This document shows positions 13,995-14,657 of a DNA stretch of 14,657 bases, piece by piece. The stretch comes from Nitrososphaerota archaeon (GTDB taxonomy: Archaea > Thermoproteota > Nitrososphaeria > Nitrososphaerales > Nitrosopumilaceae). A program made the translations under genes and the position numbers. The notes beneath the pieces were generated by a model that was not told the origin of the DNA, ran no database searches, and saw only the letters and a list, made by a program, of their open reading frames with translations. The stretch spans positions 41,136 to 55,792 of the forward strand of contig JACZTB010000009.1 of assembly GCA_022573895.1 (NCBI GenBank). Direction: 5' to 3'. Positions within the stretch are counted from its first letter, which is position 1, and each line of letters opens with the position of its first letter.

Positions 13995-14561
13995 TTGATG
14001 ACTGGCAAAACAGAGTTTCAATTAACACAAGAACAAGCAAAAAAAGCCATTGAAATGTGTCTAGAAAATGCTGAATCATATCTTAATGATGCTGACATGT
14101 ATATCTCAAATAACAAAACAGATCATTTAGCAACTCCTATTGTATTTGCAATGGAAGAAATAGGAAAAGCAAAAATTATTTATGATAAAATAGAAAACTC
14201 TAGTTCAAAAATTTCACTATCTGATAAAGATGGTATCTATGATCATAAAACAAAAGCTGAAAAAGTTAATTCATTAATTGAATTAGATGTAGGTGAAAAA
14301 ATAGCCAAGTCTCTATTATTGGGTGATGTGGACGGTTACTTAGTTGACCCATTAACCATTACGTCTTACATAAGAAAAGAAAATGAATTAAAAAATACTG
14401 GAAAAAAAGGTCATGGTATAAGACTTGCAAGTTCATATGTTGATTTTGACTCTGTCACAAGCGAACCTAAAATTGAAAAATCTTCAGGGGATTTGACTGA
14501 ACTCATAAAAAATTTGTTTGAAATTATACATGGATATCCATCTTCGTTCAATACCAATTGA
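13995..14561 (+). CDS. AbiV-like (HEPN-superfamily-like) helical protein; possible abortive-infection/defence protein
   Basis: 188-aa ORF with TTG at 13995 and ATG at 13998. The N-terminal pattern CLENAESYLNDADMYISNNKTDHLATPIVFAMEEIGKAKIIYDKI, followed by YDHKTKAEK, matches my recollection of the AbiV family (N-A-x2-L-x2-D-A...A-x-EE-x-GK, then a conserved H-x2-K). This has not been verified by any search. Confidence 0.45.
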   Translation: MMTGKTEFQLTQEQAKKAIEMCLENAESYLNDADMYISNNKTDHLATPIVFAMEEIGKAKIIYDKIENSSSKISLSDKDGIYDHKTKAEKVNSLIELDVGEKIAKSLLLGDVDGYLVDPLTITSYIRKENELKNTGKKGHGIRLASSYVDFDSVTSEPKIEKSSGDLTELIKNLFEIIHGYPSSFNTN

Positions 14562-14657
14562 CTCAAAAACGTAATCACTACAACGTAAAACTACTTCGAG
14601 GTTATGGAGTCTCAATTTCTCTGAAAAACTCCAAAATCATTCTAAAAAATGGCGCAC
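14558..14657 (+). CDS. partial CDS (first 33 codons), unknown; overlaps the upstream stop by 4 nt
   Basis: The frame is open from 14522 to the window edge. The only canonical start is TTG at 14558, which forms a TTGA overlap with the TGA stop of the AbiV-like gene. The translation is (M)TQKRNHYNVKLLRGYGVSISLKNSKIILKNGA. Alternating short beta-strand-like segments weakly resemble Cas1/casposase N-termini. Confidence 0.35.
   Translation, partial: MTQKRNHYNVKLLRGYGVSISLKNSKIILKNGA

Overview
The window is AT-rich and densely coded, and reads as archaeal chromosome. The gene set points to an ammonia-oxidising thaumarchaeon (Nitrosopumilus-like). It includes a CdvA-type cell-division protein, FEN1, a long ThyX, a minimal JAMM protease, and a type-II tRNA-Ser with no encoded CCA. 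TATA-like boxes sit about 25-30 nt upstream of several start codons. This taxonomy is inferred from gene content and composition only. Most of the window is housekeeping: JAMM/MPN protease plus a coiled-coil partner, two SRPBCC-like proteins, a stand-alone RAM (Lrp/AsnC ligand-binding) protein, nitroreductase, tRNA-Ser(CGA), FEN1, a PAS protein, AMP-forming acetyl-CoA synthetase, CdvA, ThyX, MsrB and homoserine dehydrogenase. Two places stand out. (1) At 12120..12563 a 147-aa gene encodes two nucleotide-identical (111/112 nt) CxxC-x17-CxxC zinc-ribbon modules. They flank six perfect 21-bp in-frame repeats encoding (GGYGGRS)n. I read this as a candidate archaeal RGG/Gly-Tyr low-complexity nucleic-acid-binding protein whose DNA architecture is prone to recombination. 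(2) Downstream of hom there is an atypically long 320-bp non-coding region with repeated promoter-like motifs and a hairpin. It is followed by an AbiV/HEPN-like gene whose stop overlaps (TTGA) the start of a truncated ORF at the right edge. This may be the edge of a defence or mobile island. A Cas1/casposase-like reading of the truncated ORF is speculative. All functional calls rest on motifs I could read in the supplied translations. No database search was run.
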